Numbered from the stretch's first letter, positions 19,260 to 30,025 are shown. The stretch: DNA of 64,000 bases from Acidimicrobiaceae bacterium (GCA_003132165.1 PKWW01000027.1:3312-67311); one strand, 5' to 3'. Numbers and translations: made by a program. Notes: generated by a model not told the origin, from the letters alone.

Positions 19260-21413
19260 CTAGTGGTTCGCCCGGTAGATGTGATCGACATAGTCGTTCA
19301 CCATTCTCGCTGAGCTGTACATCGGTCCGAGTGAGCGCAGCGACGAGCGCACCCGCGCGAGCCAGCCAACCGGGATGCCGTTGGCGTCGCGTGTGAAGTA
19401 CAGGGTCTTGACCTCGTTCTCCAACAGGTCGTAGAGCGCCTTGGCGTCGCGTTCGTCCTGTTCGCGAGCGTCCTCGACTACCGAACCGTCGATCGCCCAG
19501 CCATTCTGTCCGTTATACCCTTCGCACCACCAGCCGTCGAGCACACTCAGGTTCAGTCCGCCGTTGAGCGCCGACTTCATGCCACTCGTACCACTCGCTT
19601 CGAGCGGAGGTCGCGGCATGTTCAGCCAAACGTCGCATCCGGCGACGAGCTGAGGCGCCACGCGAAGGTCGTAGTCCTCGAGGAACACGACCCGATTGGG
19701 GATATCCAAACCTCGCTTCACGGCGAACATGTTCCTCGCCACTTCCTTCGCCTCGCGGTCGAGCGGGTGCGCCTTGCCCGCGATGATGAACTGGGCGCCC
19801 TGCTCGTGGTCGATGATGCCGCGCAATCGGTCGACGTCGTGGAACAGCAGGTCGAGCCGCTTGTAGGTGGCCAGACGGCGCGCGAAACCAATGGTGAGGT
19901 GCGTGGGGTCAAAGGCGTTGAACGCGGATTCGGCGTGGTCGACCTCTTCGCCCCGAGCCAACCGGTCAACGCCAATGTGACTGCGGATCATCTCAATCAG
20001 GTTGAGGCGCAACTTGCATCGCGTCTCCCACAGGTCAATGTCGGGAATCTCGTCTACGTGGCTCCACAGACCGGGGTCGTCCGCGTGGCGTTCCCAGTCC
20101 GCACCGAAGAACGTCGTGAGCAGACCGCGCATTTCGGGCGCCATCCACGTCGGCAGGTGCACCGCGTTGGTCACGTGTGTGATCGGCACCTGATCCGGCC
20201 CGACACTCGCAAAGAGCGGGTTCCACATCTCGCGTGCCACTTCGCCGTGTCGCTTGCTCACGGCATTGGTCGATCGCGAGCAGCGGATCGCGAGCGGCGA
20301 GAAGCCCAGCGGTTCGCTCGTCGCCGTCGGGTCGATGCGGCTCTCCTCGCTCAATTGCTCGCGCGAGATGCCCATGAGGTCAACGGCCCGGCCGAGCACG
20401 GAGAAGAACTCATCGGGTTCGTAGGTCTCGTTGCCCGCGGGCACCGGCGTGTGGGTCGTGAATACGAAGCGGTCACGACCGGTCGCGAGCAAATCCTTGA
20501 GCTCGAGAGGTTCGCCCGAAAGCCCGGTCGACACTTGTGAGGCGATCTCCAGCGCCGACAGCGCGGGGTGGCCCTCATTGAGGTGGAAGAGTCCCGGCGT
20601 GATGCCCATGGCGTCGAGTGCGCGCACGCCCCCGATGCCGAGCACCGCATACTGCGCCAGTCGAATCTCGTGCGAACCTTCGTAGAGACGAGCGGTGACC
20701 CAACGTTCGAGCGGACCGTTCTCCTCGAGTTCGGCGTCGAGCAGGTAGAGCGGTGTTCTTCCCACATTGACCCTCCACACCTGCGCGGAGAGCTCACCCT
20801 CCCACACGGGAACCGTCACCTTCACGGGCAATCCGTCGGCACCTCGCACTCGCACTGCGGGCAACTGATCAGTGTTCGCTTCAATCCAGTACTCATGCTG
20901 CCAGCCCTCGAGGGTCATCCTCTGGTGCAGATAGCCACGCCGGTAGAGAAGACCCATCGCGACGACGTCGAGCGCTTGATCGGACGTCTCCTTCAGATAG
21001 TCCCCGGCGAGGACCCCGAGGCCGCCCGAGTACACGGGCAATGACGAATGGACGCCGAACTCAGCGCAGAAAAAGGCCACCGGCCCGCTCGCGAGCAAGC
21101 GCTGGGCGGGGCGCTGCATGTGGGCTTCCATGCTCTGAGCCACCTCGGCCACGCAGTCGAGCAAATCAGGGTTGGTCGCGGCGCGCAGCAGGTCACGCTC
21201 GGGAAGATTGAGCAGGAATCGAACGGGATTCTCGCCCGCCAACATGAAGCGATGCGCGTCGATCATGCGGAACATCTCGGGGCCACCCGGGGTCCAGGAC
21301 CACAGGTAGTTGTACGAGATCCAAGCGAGGTCCTCGAGGGGCTCGGGAAGGCGTCGAGCCAGGCGGTCAACTGCGCGGTCCACGTCGCGTGAACCATCAA
21401 AACGCTTGTTCAT
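19260..21413 (-). CDS. glgP: Alpha-glucan (glycogen) phosphorylase, copy 1
   Basis: SGGLGVLAGD, HLNEGH, FARRLATYKR, EASGTSGMK PLP-lysine signature. Confidence 0.95.
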   Translation of the reverse strand: MNKRFDGSRDVDRAVDRLARRLPEPLEDLAWISYNYLWSWTPGGPEMFRMIDAHRFMLAGENPVRFLLNLPERDLLRAATNPDLLDCVAEVAQSMEAHMQRPAQRLLASGPVAFFCAEFGVHSSLPVYSGGLGVLAGDYLKETSDQALDVVAMGLLYRRGYLHQRMTLEGWQHEYWIEANTDQLPAVRVRGADGLPVKVTVPVWEGELSAQVWRVNVGRTPLYLLDAELEENGPLERWVTARLYEGSHEIRLAQYAVLGIGGVRALDAMGITPGLFHLNEGHPALSALEIASQVSTGLSGEPLELKDLLATGRDRFVFTTHTPVPAGNETYEPDEFFSVLGRAVDLMGISREQLSEESRIDPTATSEPLGFSPLAIRCSRSTNAVSKRHGEVAREMWNPLFASVGPDQVPITHVTNAVHLPTWMAPEMRGLLTTFFGADWERHADDPGLWSHVDEIPDIDLWETRCKLRLNLIEMIRSHIGVDRLARGEEVDHAESAFNAFDPTHLTIGFARRLATYKRLDLLFHDVDRLRGIIDHEQGAQFIIAGKAHPLDREAKEVARNMFAVKRGLDIPNRVVFLEDYDLRVAPQLVAGCDVWLNMPRPPLEASGTSGMKSALNGGLNLSVLDGWWCEGYNGQNGWAIDGSVVEDAREQDERDAKALYDLLENEVKTLYFTRDANGIPVGWLARVRSSLRSLGPMYSSARMVNDYVDHIYRANH

Positions 21414-23462
21414 CTAAGAGAATCTAATCGGTGGTACCGAAGTCGCTTCTCGGGTCACGACTGAACTCATGCCGAGCGCTTTAGCCAGTGGCGCCACAAT
21501 GCTGAGGTCTGGCGCAGGGTTCTGTCCGGCAATGGCGACAATCGCTCGCCTGATCGAAGCCTCTCCAATGGGCGTCACGTATCGTGGAGCGCCAGCCAGG
21601 GCGACCAGCACGGCCACTTCGTCTTCGCCGGCCGGATTCGCCAACACCCGTGCCACCAGGAGATTAAGCGCCTCTTCGTAATCTGCGCTGCCCGTACCCG
21701 CCAGCCACGAGGCGCCGACCCTCGCGATGACGTCCGCGCCGAGTTCACCGAGACTGACTTCTCGAATCGCGGTCCCATCGTCGACTCGAACCCGGATGCC
21801 GAGATGTCCGGTCCGCTGCGAGCTTGTTCGAAATTCACGTTCCCGAAATGTCAACGTGTTGGTCAGTGTGACGCGAAGCTCGGCCGGGTCACTCTCGACC
21901 ATCTCAGCCCGCGCTCGCCAGTAACCCCGCTCGATTCGCGCGTGTCCGACACACGCGAGGCGCTCAGCGGCAAAGCCCGCCGCAATCCTCTCCTCGTCGA
22001 AACGAAAGGGGTCGCACGCCAGCGCCCAGAGAACGGACCCGCCGATTCCCGGACGATTCGAGTGGACCCCGCCCAAGTGCTCCAGGAACTCGGGCTCGTA
22101 ATCCTTACCCAACGTCCGGCGAACTATCCCCAGGGCGACCGCCGCGTAGCGCAGAACGATCGACGTCTCGATTTCGGCCGGATCGGCGAAGAACCACGCG
22201 CAACTCGTGAAGCTGTAGAGAAGGTTGCGGTGGACCTCGCAGAATTCGAGCACGAGGGCGACCTCGGCGGCGTCGAGGTCACGAACTGCGCGGGCCGCGA
22301 CGAAGTCGTGGGGATCCACCTCGCCCGAAAGCACTGTTCCGTACTGCAGCAGCGCCTCACCCGACGAATGAAGGTATTCCGCGAGTGCCTGGTCGACGGC
22401 GCCTCCGAGAGTGGCGCGCAACCAGTCGAGCGATTCGCGCAGCGGTTCACGCCAGGTCTGTCGCCAACCCGGCTGCTCACCGGTCACGCATCCGCAGTCG
22501 CTACGCCAGCGCTCGACGCCGTGCGCGCAACTCCACGATGACACTTCGGCGAGTTCGACCTCGTAGGTGGGCTCACGTCGCGCGAGCCACACCCCGAGCG
22601 TGGTCTCGAAACCGTAATGGTGCCGCAGCCGACGAAGTGCCCACGCCAACCCCAAGTCACCGAAGTGGTGGTGATGCCCGTACGTCTCACCATCCGCCAC
22701 GAGCAGCACCGCGCCGTCCTCACCATCGAGTGCACCGGCCATCTCGTCAGCGAGGGCGATCCCGTCATCGATCAGGTCACCGAAGGCCACGCGCTGCGAA
22801 AGACTGCCGTGACCGAATACAACGTTGATCGTGCGCCCCTGCGCGAGTCGGACGAAGTACGCCTTGGACGTGTCGAGCGAATTGGCATCCACCGTTCGCC
22901 ATTCCGCACCAGGCTCGCGCACGCGCAGGACCTGGGTGGGCATGAGGACCGTGTACTGAATACCTTGACGCGCGAGGCAATCGAGGCTCGCCAGATCGAC
23001 TGCGGTCTCGGGCAACCACATGCCGAGAGGCGTGGCGCCGAAACGACGCCGGTAGTCAGCGATTCCCCACGCCACGAGACGCTCCCGGTCGTCGGCGTTC
23101 GCGAGGGGGATGATCGCATGCACGAGCGGCGCGGCGATCATCAGCGACTGCGGCCCTGAGTTGGCGTGGTCCACCTGATACGAGAGTGCCTGATCGACGT
23201 CCGGTGAACACTGCTCCAGCCACCGGTGCAGCGTGGGCCCGATGTCGGTGCTGCTCATCGTGAGGGGTTCGACCAGTTCGGTCGCCGTCTCGTCGCCGTT
23301 GGTGACCGCGACAGCGATCAAAGCGCGGTAGCACTCAGTTGCAATCCGCTCGTTCCAGTCGTGATAGGGCCACGCGCTCCATTCGTTGGTCACCACGCCC
23401 AACCACGGGTCTTCGCGGGGAGGTTGATAGAGGTGCAGGTGGAAGCCGGCGAGTGGTGGCAT
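21414..23462 (-). CDS. GH57 family glycoside hydrolase with DUF3536
   Basis: HLYQPPRE, WLPETA (nucleophile), DGETYGHH (acid/base), WSCAHGVERW. Confidence 0.9.
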   Translation of the reverse strand: MPPLAGFHLHLYQPPREDPWLGVVTNEWSAWPYHDWNERIATECYRALIAVAVTNGDETATELVEPLTMSSTDIGPTLHRWLEQCSPDVDQALSYQVDHANSGPQSLMIAAPLVHAIIPLANADDRERLVAWGIADYRRRFGATPLGMWLPETAVDLASLDCLARQGIQYTVLMPTQVLRVREPGAEWRTVDANSLDTSKAYFVRLAQGRTINVVFGHGSLSQRVAFGDLIDDGIALADEMAGALDGEDGAVLLVADGETYGHHHHFGDLGLAWALRRLRHHYGFETTLGVWLARREPTYEVELAEVSSWSCAHGVERWRSDCGCVTGEQPGWRQTWREPLRESLDWLRATLGGAVDQALAEYLHSSGEALLQYGTVLSGEVDPHDFVAARAVRDLDAAEVALVLEFCEVHRNLLYSFTSCAWFFADPAEIETSIVLRYAAVALGIVRRTLGKDYEPEFLEHLGGVHSNRPGIGGSVLWALACDPFRFDEERIAAGFAAERLACVGHARIERGYWRARAEMVESDPAELRVTLTNTLTFREREFRTSSQRTGHLGIRVRVDDGTAIREVSLGELGADVIARVGASWLAGTGSADYEEALNLLVARVLANPAGEDEVAVLVALAGAPRYVTPIGEASIRRAIVAIAGQNPAPDLSIVAPLAKALGMSSVVTREATSVPPIRFS

Positions 23463-26400
23463 CTAGGACTTTCTCTTGAGCACGACGAGCGACAACGGGG
23501 GGAGAACCACGCGAAGTCCATGCCGGTCGGAGCCGTCACGGGACGCCGGAAACTCGCGCACCCGCAAGTAGCCGCTGCCGCCGAAGTCGGGATCGTCGCT
23601 GTTGGCGACCACAGCCCACGCCGATGACGCCGTGACCGGTATCTCGTAGTCGTCACGGGGGACCGGCGTGAAGTTGGCGAGCATGACGAGTTCCTCGTCG
23701 CCGCTACCGCGTCGCCAGATGAGCACGCTCTGGGACGCGTCATCGCAGCTCAGCCACGCGAAATCCTCCCCTGTGGCGTCGTCACGGTGCAGCGCCGTCT
23801 CATTGGCGTAGAGCGAATTGAGACGGCGTACCCACGACGCGACTCCCCGATGACCCGCGTCTGCGAGTAGATGCCAGTCGAGGGACCGCTCATGATCCCA
23901 CTCGCTGGTCTGGGCGAACTCGTCACCCATGAAGAGCAGCTTCTTACCGGGAATCGTGTACTGGTAACCAAACAGCAGTCTCAGATTCGCCCGCTTCTGC
24001 CATTCATCACCACTCATCTTGGCGAGCAGCGAGCCTTTGCCGTGCACGACCTCATCGTGCGAGAGCGGGAGCATGAAATGTTCGTTGGCCGCGTAGATCG
24101 CACGGAACGTCAGTTCACTCTGGTGGTACTGGCGGTACAGCGAATCGCGTTCGAGATAGTCAAGGGTGTCGTGCATCCACCCGAGGTCCCACTTGAAGGT
24201 GAAACCCAGGCCGTTGCCCGAGACGGGTCCGGTCACCTGCGACCACGACGTCGACTCCTCGGCGACGATCATCACCCCGGGGAACGCCCGGGTCGTCTCG
24301 GAGGTGCACTGGCGCAGGAACTCAACCGCATCAAGGTCCTCTCGTCCCCCGAGACGATTGGGAACCCACTGGCCCGGTCCTCTCGAATAATCGAGGTACA
24401 GCATCGACGCGACCGCGTCGAGTCGAAGTCCATCGACGTGGTATTCGTCAAGCCAGAAGTTTGCGCTTGAGATGAGGAAGCTTCGTACTTCATTGCGGCC
24501 GTAATTGAAGGTCCAACTCTTCCACTCGGGGTGCACGCGCTGTCGCACGTCGGCGTGCTCGTACAGATACGAACCGTCAAAGCGCGCGAGCGCGAACGAG
24601 TCGGACGGGAAGTGTGAGGGGACCCAGTCGAGGATCACGCCGATCCCGGCCTGGTGGAGGTGATCCACCAGGAACTTGAAGTCGTCGGGCGTGCCCATGC
24701 GCGACGTGGGTGCGAAGTAGCCGGTCGTCTGATAACCCCACGAGCCGTAGAACGGATGCTCCATAACCGGCAGTAACTCCACGTGAGTGAAGCCCATCTC
24801 GATCGCGTAGTCGGCGAGCAGTGGCGCCAGTTCCCGGTAGCTCAACGAACGGTCGCCCTCCTCGGGCACCCGCCGCCACGATCCGAGGTGCACTTCATAA
24901 ACGGTAACCGGTCGCTCGCGCGAGTTGCACTGGGACCGGCCAGCCATCCACACCCCGTCATCCCACTGGTGGCTCGAACGCCACACACGCGTCGCCGTCG
25001 CCGACGGGACTTCGAAATAGCGACCCATCGGATCGGTCTTGTCGAACTCCTCACCACCCAGGCGCGAGTGCAGACGATACTTGTAGGCCATCAACGGCTC
25101 GGCCCCGGGCACGAAGCCCTCCCACACCCCTGAACTCTCGCGCGGTGAAAGAGGGTTCTGCGTACCGTGCCAGTCGTTGAAGTCCCCGATGACCGAGACC
25201 CGGTCGGCGTTCGGCGCCCAGACGGCGAAATAGCAGCCCGCGACGCCTTCGACAACCATCGGGTGACACCCCAAGTGATCGTAGAGACGGAAGTGGCGGC
25301 CCTCATTGAAGAGGTGTAGGTCCTCGGCCGTGAACAGCGTCGCGCTCGGCGTCATTCGAATCCCGACACGGTCGTGCACCGCGTCGGGGTAGCCCCGTCG
25401 CTCACTTAGGGGAGCGAGAGCCTTCGCGAGCGTCGTGGAGGATGCCAACTCCTCAAGACTCAATCGCGAGCGTCGGCTCCAGTTCGCACGCTCCGTCGAA
25501 GTGCCCGGCAGGTTGACCGCCAGGGACTCACCCAACAGGTCCTCGAGTTGCACCATGACGAGACCGGCCTCGCTGTCGGCGAGAAAGACGTGCACGGCGT
25601 TGAGCACGGCGTCAGGGCTAGCGTCCTCGGCACAACCGAGCGCACTGATCAGATTGCGACGCTGCGTGGCGCGACGCGCACGGGCCTCTTGCGCCGTCGA
25701 TTCATCGAAGTGACCTAATTGCAATCGCTCGTCAATATCCGTGCCACTCCACCACCCGGCGAAGGTGGCCGTGTCGTGGGTGGCGAACGAGGCCACCGAT
25801 CCGCTCGGAACCTCATCGAGATGCTCGTCGTTGACCGCGTACTGCACGACGTACGTGCGACGGATGCCGTTACTCTGCATCGCGTCACGCAGCTCGTCGT
25901 GCACCGTGCCGAGGTCCTCTCCCACGACGTCGACGCCCGCACGCTGAGCCTCGACGGCCACGACCGCCAGCAGCTCGTCAAAGGGCATGTTGACGTAGAG
26001 TCCCTGCTCCGGCGAGGCTCCCTCGGGTATCCAGAACAGTCGCTGCAGTCCCATGAAGTGATCGATCCGCACGACGCCGGCGACCCGCATGTGAAACTGC
26101 AGAGCCTCGCGAAACTTACTGTGCACGTCATCTCGACATCGGTCGGGGTGAAGCGGCGGCGAGGCCCAACTCTGCCCGCGAGCCGAAAGGTCGTCGGGTG
26201 GTGCGCCGATGGACATGCTCGTGACGTAGTCCTCCGGGTTCTTCCACACGTCATACCCGTAGGGGTGCACACCGACCGGTATGTCCAGTCCCAGCGTCTG
26301 GCCCCGCTGAGCGAGCCGGGACGACAGGTCGGTCATCTGTCCGTCCATGATCCATTGAGCGAACATGTGATAACGAACCAGGATCGGGTCGACGTCGTTC

Positions 26401-27476
26401 CACCGCAGCAGTCCGCTGCGCGCGGTCGAGGGCCACTGGTGGAAATCGAGACCGAAGCGCTCACCGGCGGCGCGAAACCGGGCGTAGTCGTTCAACTCGG
26501 GATGGCCCATCACGTACGAGAGCAATCCGCTCTCCTTTTGGGTCATGAAGTCGCTCTGGGTCGCGGCCCACGCCTGAATGACGTTTCGCTTAGCGGCGAA
26601 GGCCGCGGCACCGTCCACGAGCCCGTCGACGGTCCAGGCCTGACGGTGACGCGGGGAATAGGTCTCGTTCATCAGACGCAGGGCGGCGGGCGACTGGGCG
26701 AGATACTCGACCTGGTCCAGTGCGATCCATCGATCACTCCAGAACCGCCGACTCACCGGTCGGTAGGGACTCGCCTCAAAATTGTCGGGGCCGAATGTCG
26801 CGAGCAGCGGCAAAGTCGACACGACCGTAGCGTGCTGATTGGCGACCAGTCGCGCGAATTCGTCGAGGTCACCAACGTCACCACTGCCCCAACTGCGTTG
26901 CGAGTGCAGCGAGAAGACCGGCGCCTGCACGGAGAAGGCGCGCCAATCCGGTGAGAATCGATGCGACGCGCCACGTATCGGGCGCGCGATGATGATCGCG
27001 CGTACCGAACGGCGCCCGACCGTCACATGCAAGTGGTGGTAGCCCACGCGCATTGCCGGTAACTGAAGGCCCAGGACAGGTTCGTCTCGGCCATCGGACT
27101 TGGGTCTCGCAACTAATGAATCCGGTGACATCGTCCAAGAGATCTCGCCTCCGGACTCGAACTCCAGCCGACACTCCAGATCCGCCCCCCGGCGAGCGAG
27201 GCGTATGGGTACGACCGATTGGCTGCCCTCCTCGACCACGTAGACCGACTCGACGATTCGGTCCGTCCGCTGTTGGCGGAGTTGGCGTGCCACTGCCTTG
27301 GCATCGTTCTGGTTCGAGAGTTCATCGGTATCCCCGAAGGAATTCAGGATGGCCATCAGCACGTCGGGATCAGCGGACCGGAGCACGCCGCGTCCGTCCT
27401 CGTACTCGAGGCCTACGCCACGAAATTCCGCTAACTCGCGTAGCGCCGATTTGATCACGGACTTCTCCGCACTCAT
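23463..27476 (-). CDS. malQ-glgB: Fused 4-alpha-glucanotransferase (GH77, MalQ) and 1,4-alpha-glucan branching enzyme (GH13, GlgB)
   Basis: N half: RIDHFMG, GEDLG, THDTAT; C half: LRLDAVASM, AEEST, LSHDEVVHGK; no stop codon across the junction near 25355. Confidence 0.9.
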   Translation of the reverse strand: MSAEKSVIKSALRELAEFRGVGLEYEDGRGVLRSADPDVLMAILNSFGDTDELSNQNDAKAVARQLRQQRTDRIVESVYVVEEGSQSVVPIRLARRGADLECRLEFESGGEISWTMSPDSLVARPKSDGRDEPVLGLQLPAMRVGYHHLHVTVGRRSVRAIIIARPIRGASHRFSPDWRAFSVQAPVFSLHSQRSWGSGDVGDLDEFARLVANQHATVVSTLPLLATFGPDNFEASPYRPVSRRFWSDRWIALDQVEYLAQSPAALRLMNETYSPRHRQAWTVDGLVDGAAAFAAKRNVIQAWAATQSDFMTQKESGLLSYVMGHPELNDYARFRAAGERFGLDFHQWPSTARSGLLRWNDVDPILVRYHMFAQWIMDGQMTDLSSRLAQRGQTLGLDIPVGVHPYGYDVWKNPEDYVTSMSIGAPPDDLSARGQSWASPPLHPDRCRDDVHSKFREALQFHMRVAGVVRIDHFMGLQRLFWIPEGASPEQGLYVNMPFDELLAVVAVEAQRAGVDVVGEDLGTVHDELRDAMQSNGIRRTYVVQYAVNDEHLDEVPSGSVASFATHDTATFAGWWSGTDIDERLQLGHFDESTAQEARARRATQRRNLISALGCAEDASPDAVLNAVHVFLADSEAGLVMVQLEDLLGESLAVNLPGTSTERANWSRRSRLSLEELASSTTLAKALAPLSERRGYPDAVHDRVGIRMTPSATLFTAEDLHLFNEGRHFRLYDHLGCHPMVVEGVAGCYFAVWAPNADRVSVIGDFNDWHGTQNPLSPRESSGVWEGFVPGAEPLMAYKYRLHSRLGGEEFDKTDPMGRYFEVPSATATRVWRSSHQWDDGVWMAGRSQCNSRERPVTVYEVHLGSWRRVPEEGDRSLSYRELAPLLADYAIEMGFTHVELLPVMEHPFYGSWGYQTTGYFAPTSRMGTPDDFKFLVDHLHQAGIGVILDWVPSHFPSDSFALARFDGSYLYEHADVRQRVHPEWKSWTFNYGRNEVRSFLISSANFWLDEYHVDGLRLDAVASMLYLDYSRGPGQWVPNRLGGREDLDAVEFLRQCTSETTRAFPGVMIVAEESTSWSQVTGPVSGNGLGFTFKWDLGWMHDTLDYLERDSLYRQYHQSELTFRAIYAANEHFMLPLSHDEVVHGKGSLLAKMSGDEWQKRANLRLLFGYQYTIPGKKLLFMGDEFAQTSEWDHERSLDWHLLADAGHRGVASWVRRLNSLYANETALHRDDATGEDFAWLSCDDASQSVLIWRRGSGDEELVMLANFTPVPRDDYEIPVTASSAWAVVANSDDPDFGGSGYLRVREFPASRDGSDRHGLRVVLPPLSLVVLKRKS

Positions 27477-30025
27477 TGGGACCACGTGATCAAGCCGGGC
27501 AGAGCTTCGCCATCGGTGTGCACCGGCGACGGGAGGATTCTCGCCACGAGTTCGACGAGCTCACCGTGGCGAGTCCATTCGACAATCGCCACGTAGCGCG
27601 CGGTCGATCCCGTCCTTTGCGCGAGCGACGCCGACACCGGTCGCGGCGTTGCCCCACTCGCCACCAGCCAAAGCTGCACCAGCAGGTCGGCGGGGTCCAG
27701 CAACCCGAGGTTGACCACCATCTCTATCTGCTCGCTCGTCTCAGATATTGGATTGCGATGGGTGACAGTGATGGCGAGACCCAGCCAGTTCGACCCCAAT
27801 CGCTCCAGTTCCCTCGTCCGGTCACGCGCCGACTTCGCGCCTCCGGATTGAAGCTGTCGGACCTTCACGAGTCCGGGCAAGTAGTACGACTCGGTGTACT
27901 CGCGGGTCATTCGAAGCGAATCCCACGTCGGAGCCAGGGTGGACATCGACTGTTTCACCGCCGCAATCCACGAGCGCGGTACACCGTTGGCGTCGCGGTC
28001 GTAGAACGAAGGGACAATCTCATTCTCCAGTACCTCGTAGAGCGATGCCGCATCCAGCGCGTCCTGGGTCTCCTCGTCGAGGTAAGGACCCGCCGTCCCG
28101 ATCGTGAAGCCAATGGGCGCCGCGGACTCGTTCGCATCGAGGCACGCCTCATCCCACCACCCGTCGACGGTGCTGAAGTTCAGCGCGCCGTTCATGCCCG
28201 CCTTCATACCGCCGACGCCGCAGGCTTCGAGAGGACGACGCGGCGTATTCAACCAGACATCGGCTCCTTGGGCCAATGCTCGATCCATGGTGGTGTCGAA
28301 GTCGACAATGAAGACCACCCGGTCGGAAACCCCGTACTCGGCGGCGAACTCAATCATGTCCTGCAGCAGCAACTTGCCCGACTCATCGTTCGGATGGGCC
28401 TTGCCGGCAAAGACGACCTGCACCGGACGCTCGGTGTTCTTCAACAATCTCGCAAAACGCTCGGGGTCGCTCAAGAGCAGGGTGGGACGCTTGTAGGCGA
28501 CGAACCGTCCAACGAATCCAATGGTCAGCCACTCGGGATTGAGGAGCGTCACCGAGGTCACACGCTCGCTCGGCGCGTGGCGACGCGCCAGCTCATTGCG
28601 CGCGCGGCGTCGAGTGAACTCCACGAGCTCGTTTCGCGCGGCGTTCTTCACTCGCCAAAGTTCTGCATCATCGACCTGCAGCAACTTCGACCACATCACA
28701 GGATCGCCCGGCGTCGTCTGCCACTGCGCGCCTACCGCGGACGTCAGCAGGTCGCTGTACTCGCTCGTCGTCCATGACTCCAGGTGGACACCGTTGGTGA
28801 CGTGGCCGATTGGCACCTCATCGAGTGGTAGACGAGGCCAGAGCTCGGCCCACTGCTCCCTCGTCACGCGCCCGTGCAGTCGACTGACGCCGTTTCGGTG
28901 CCCCGCCATCCTCATGGCGAAGACTGTCGGACAGAATGAGTCGCTCGGGTCGTCCGCCTTGAAGCGGCCGAGCGCCACCAGTGTCTCGGTGTCGACGCCG
29001 AGCTGAGTGGCGTAAGCCGCGAGAAAACGCCGCGCCACCGCGGGAGCGAAGTAATCATGTCCCGCCGCCACCGGCGTATGTGTCGTGAATACGATACCCG
29101 GACGCACCGCAGTGCGAGCCTCATTGAAACTCAAACCCTCCTGGGCCATGGCCCGGCGGATCTGCTCCACGATGGCAAAGACCGAATGACCCTCGTTGAG
29201 ATGAAGGACCTCAGGTTCGATGTCGAGCGCGGCGAGAGCGCGAACGCCGCCGATGCCCAAAATCAGTTCCTGGGAAAACCGGATGTCCACGTCGCTGTCG
29301 TACAGACGTGTCGTCAATGTCTGATCGGCCATCGAGTTCGAATCCACCGCGCTGTCGAGCAAGAGCAGATGGTTTCGCCCGACCTTCGCACGATAGACAG
29401 CGACTTGAACGTCGCGCCCCGGCAGACTTACCGTAACCTCCACGTGCCGACCGTGTGTGTCGCTCGCGCGCTCGATCGGCATCAAGTTCGGCGAAATCAT
29501 GTCCCAGGCTTCGTGTTGGCGCCCTTCGCGGTCGAGCCACTGGTGCGACGTCCCGCGATAGAGCAGCCCGACGCCCACAATCGGTACTCCGAGAGCGCTG
29601 GAGGCTTTCAGTTGTTCACCGGCGACGGTGCCCAACCCGCCCGCGAAGATCGGTAGCGAGTCGGTGAGCGAGTACTCCGCGGCGAAGTAGGCGACGATCA
29701 GGTCCTTCTGGCGGCGGTGCTCGGTCAAGAACCACGAATCATTGGTCCTTAGCTCGTACGTTCGAAAGTCATCGACAACCGACTGCGCCAGTTGAGCGGT
29801 CTCGGGATCCGAATCCATGAGGGCAGTGACCTTGGCCCGTCCGAGACCAAGTAGGAGTTGATGCGGCCACTCCAAAGCGCCGGGACTGGCGTCGGGATCC
29901 AATCTCGCGAAGAGACGCCTGGCTTCAATTTTCCAGGTCCAACGTAGGTTCAGCGAGACGTCGAGCAGGTCGTCATAAATCGCTGCAGAGCGCTTCAGCC
30001 CACCGTTCGACTTCGAAACTGGCAC
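27473..30025 (-). CDS. glgP: Alpha-glucan phosphorylase, copy 2 (long form)
   Basis: AGGLGTVAG, HLNEGH, FVGRFVAYKR, EACGVGGMK; TGA overlaps the ATG of malQ-glgB. Confidence 0.93.
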   Translation of the reverse strand: MPVSKSNGGLKRSAAIYDDLLDVSLNLRWTWKIEARRLFARLDPDASPGALEWPHQLLLGLGRAKVTALMDSDPETAQLAQSVVDDFRTYELRTNDSWFLTEHRRQKDLIVAYFAAEYSLTDSLPIFAGGLGTVAGEQLKASSALGVPIVGVGLLYRGTSHQWLDREGRQHEAWDMISPNLMPIERASDTHGRHVEVTVSLPGRDVQVAVYRAKVGRNHLLLLDSAVDSNSMADQTLTTRLYDSDVDIRFSQELILGIGGVRALAALDIEPEVLHLNEGHSVFAIVEQIRRAMAQEGLSFNEARTAVRPGIVFTTHTPVAAGHDYFAPAVARRFLAAYATQLGVDTETLVALGRFKADDPSDSFCPTVFAMRMAGHRNGVSRLHGRVTREQWAELWPRLPLDEVPIGHVTNGVHLESWTTSEYSDLLTSAVGAQWQTTPGDPVMWSKLLQVDDAELWRVKNAARNELVEFTRRRARNELARRHAPSERVTSVTLLNPEWLTIGFVGRFVAYKRPTLLLSDPERFARLLKNTERPVQVVFAGKAHPNDESGKLLLQDMIEFAAEYGVSDRVVFIVDFDTTMDRALAQGADVWLNTPRRPLEACGVGGMKAGMNGALNFSTVDGWWDEACLDANESAAPIGFTIGTAGPYLDEETQDALDAASLYEVLENEIVPSFYDRDANGVPRSWIAAVKQSMSTLAPTWDSLRMTREYTESYYLPGLVKVRQLQSGGAKSARDRTRELERLGSNWLGLAITVTHRNPISETSEQIEMVVNLGLLDPADLLVQLWLVASGATPRPVSASLAQRTGSTARYVAIVEWTRHGELVELVARILPSPVHTDGEALPGLITWSQ

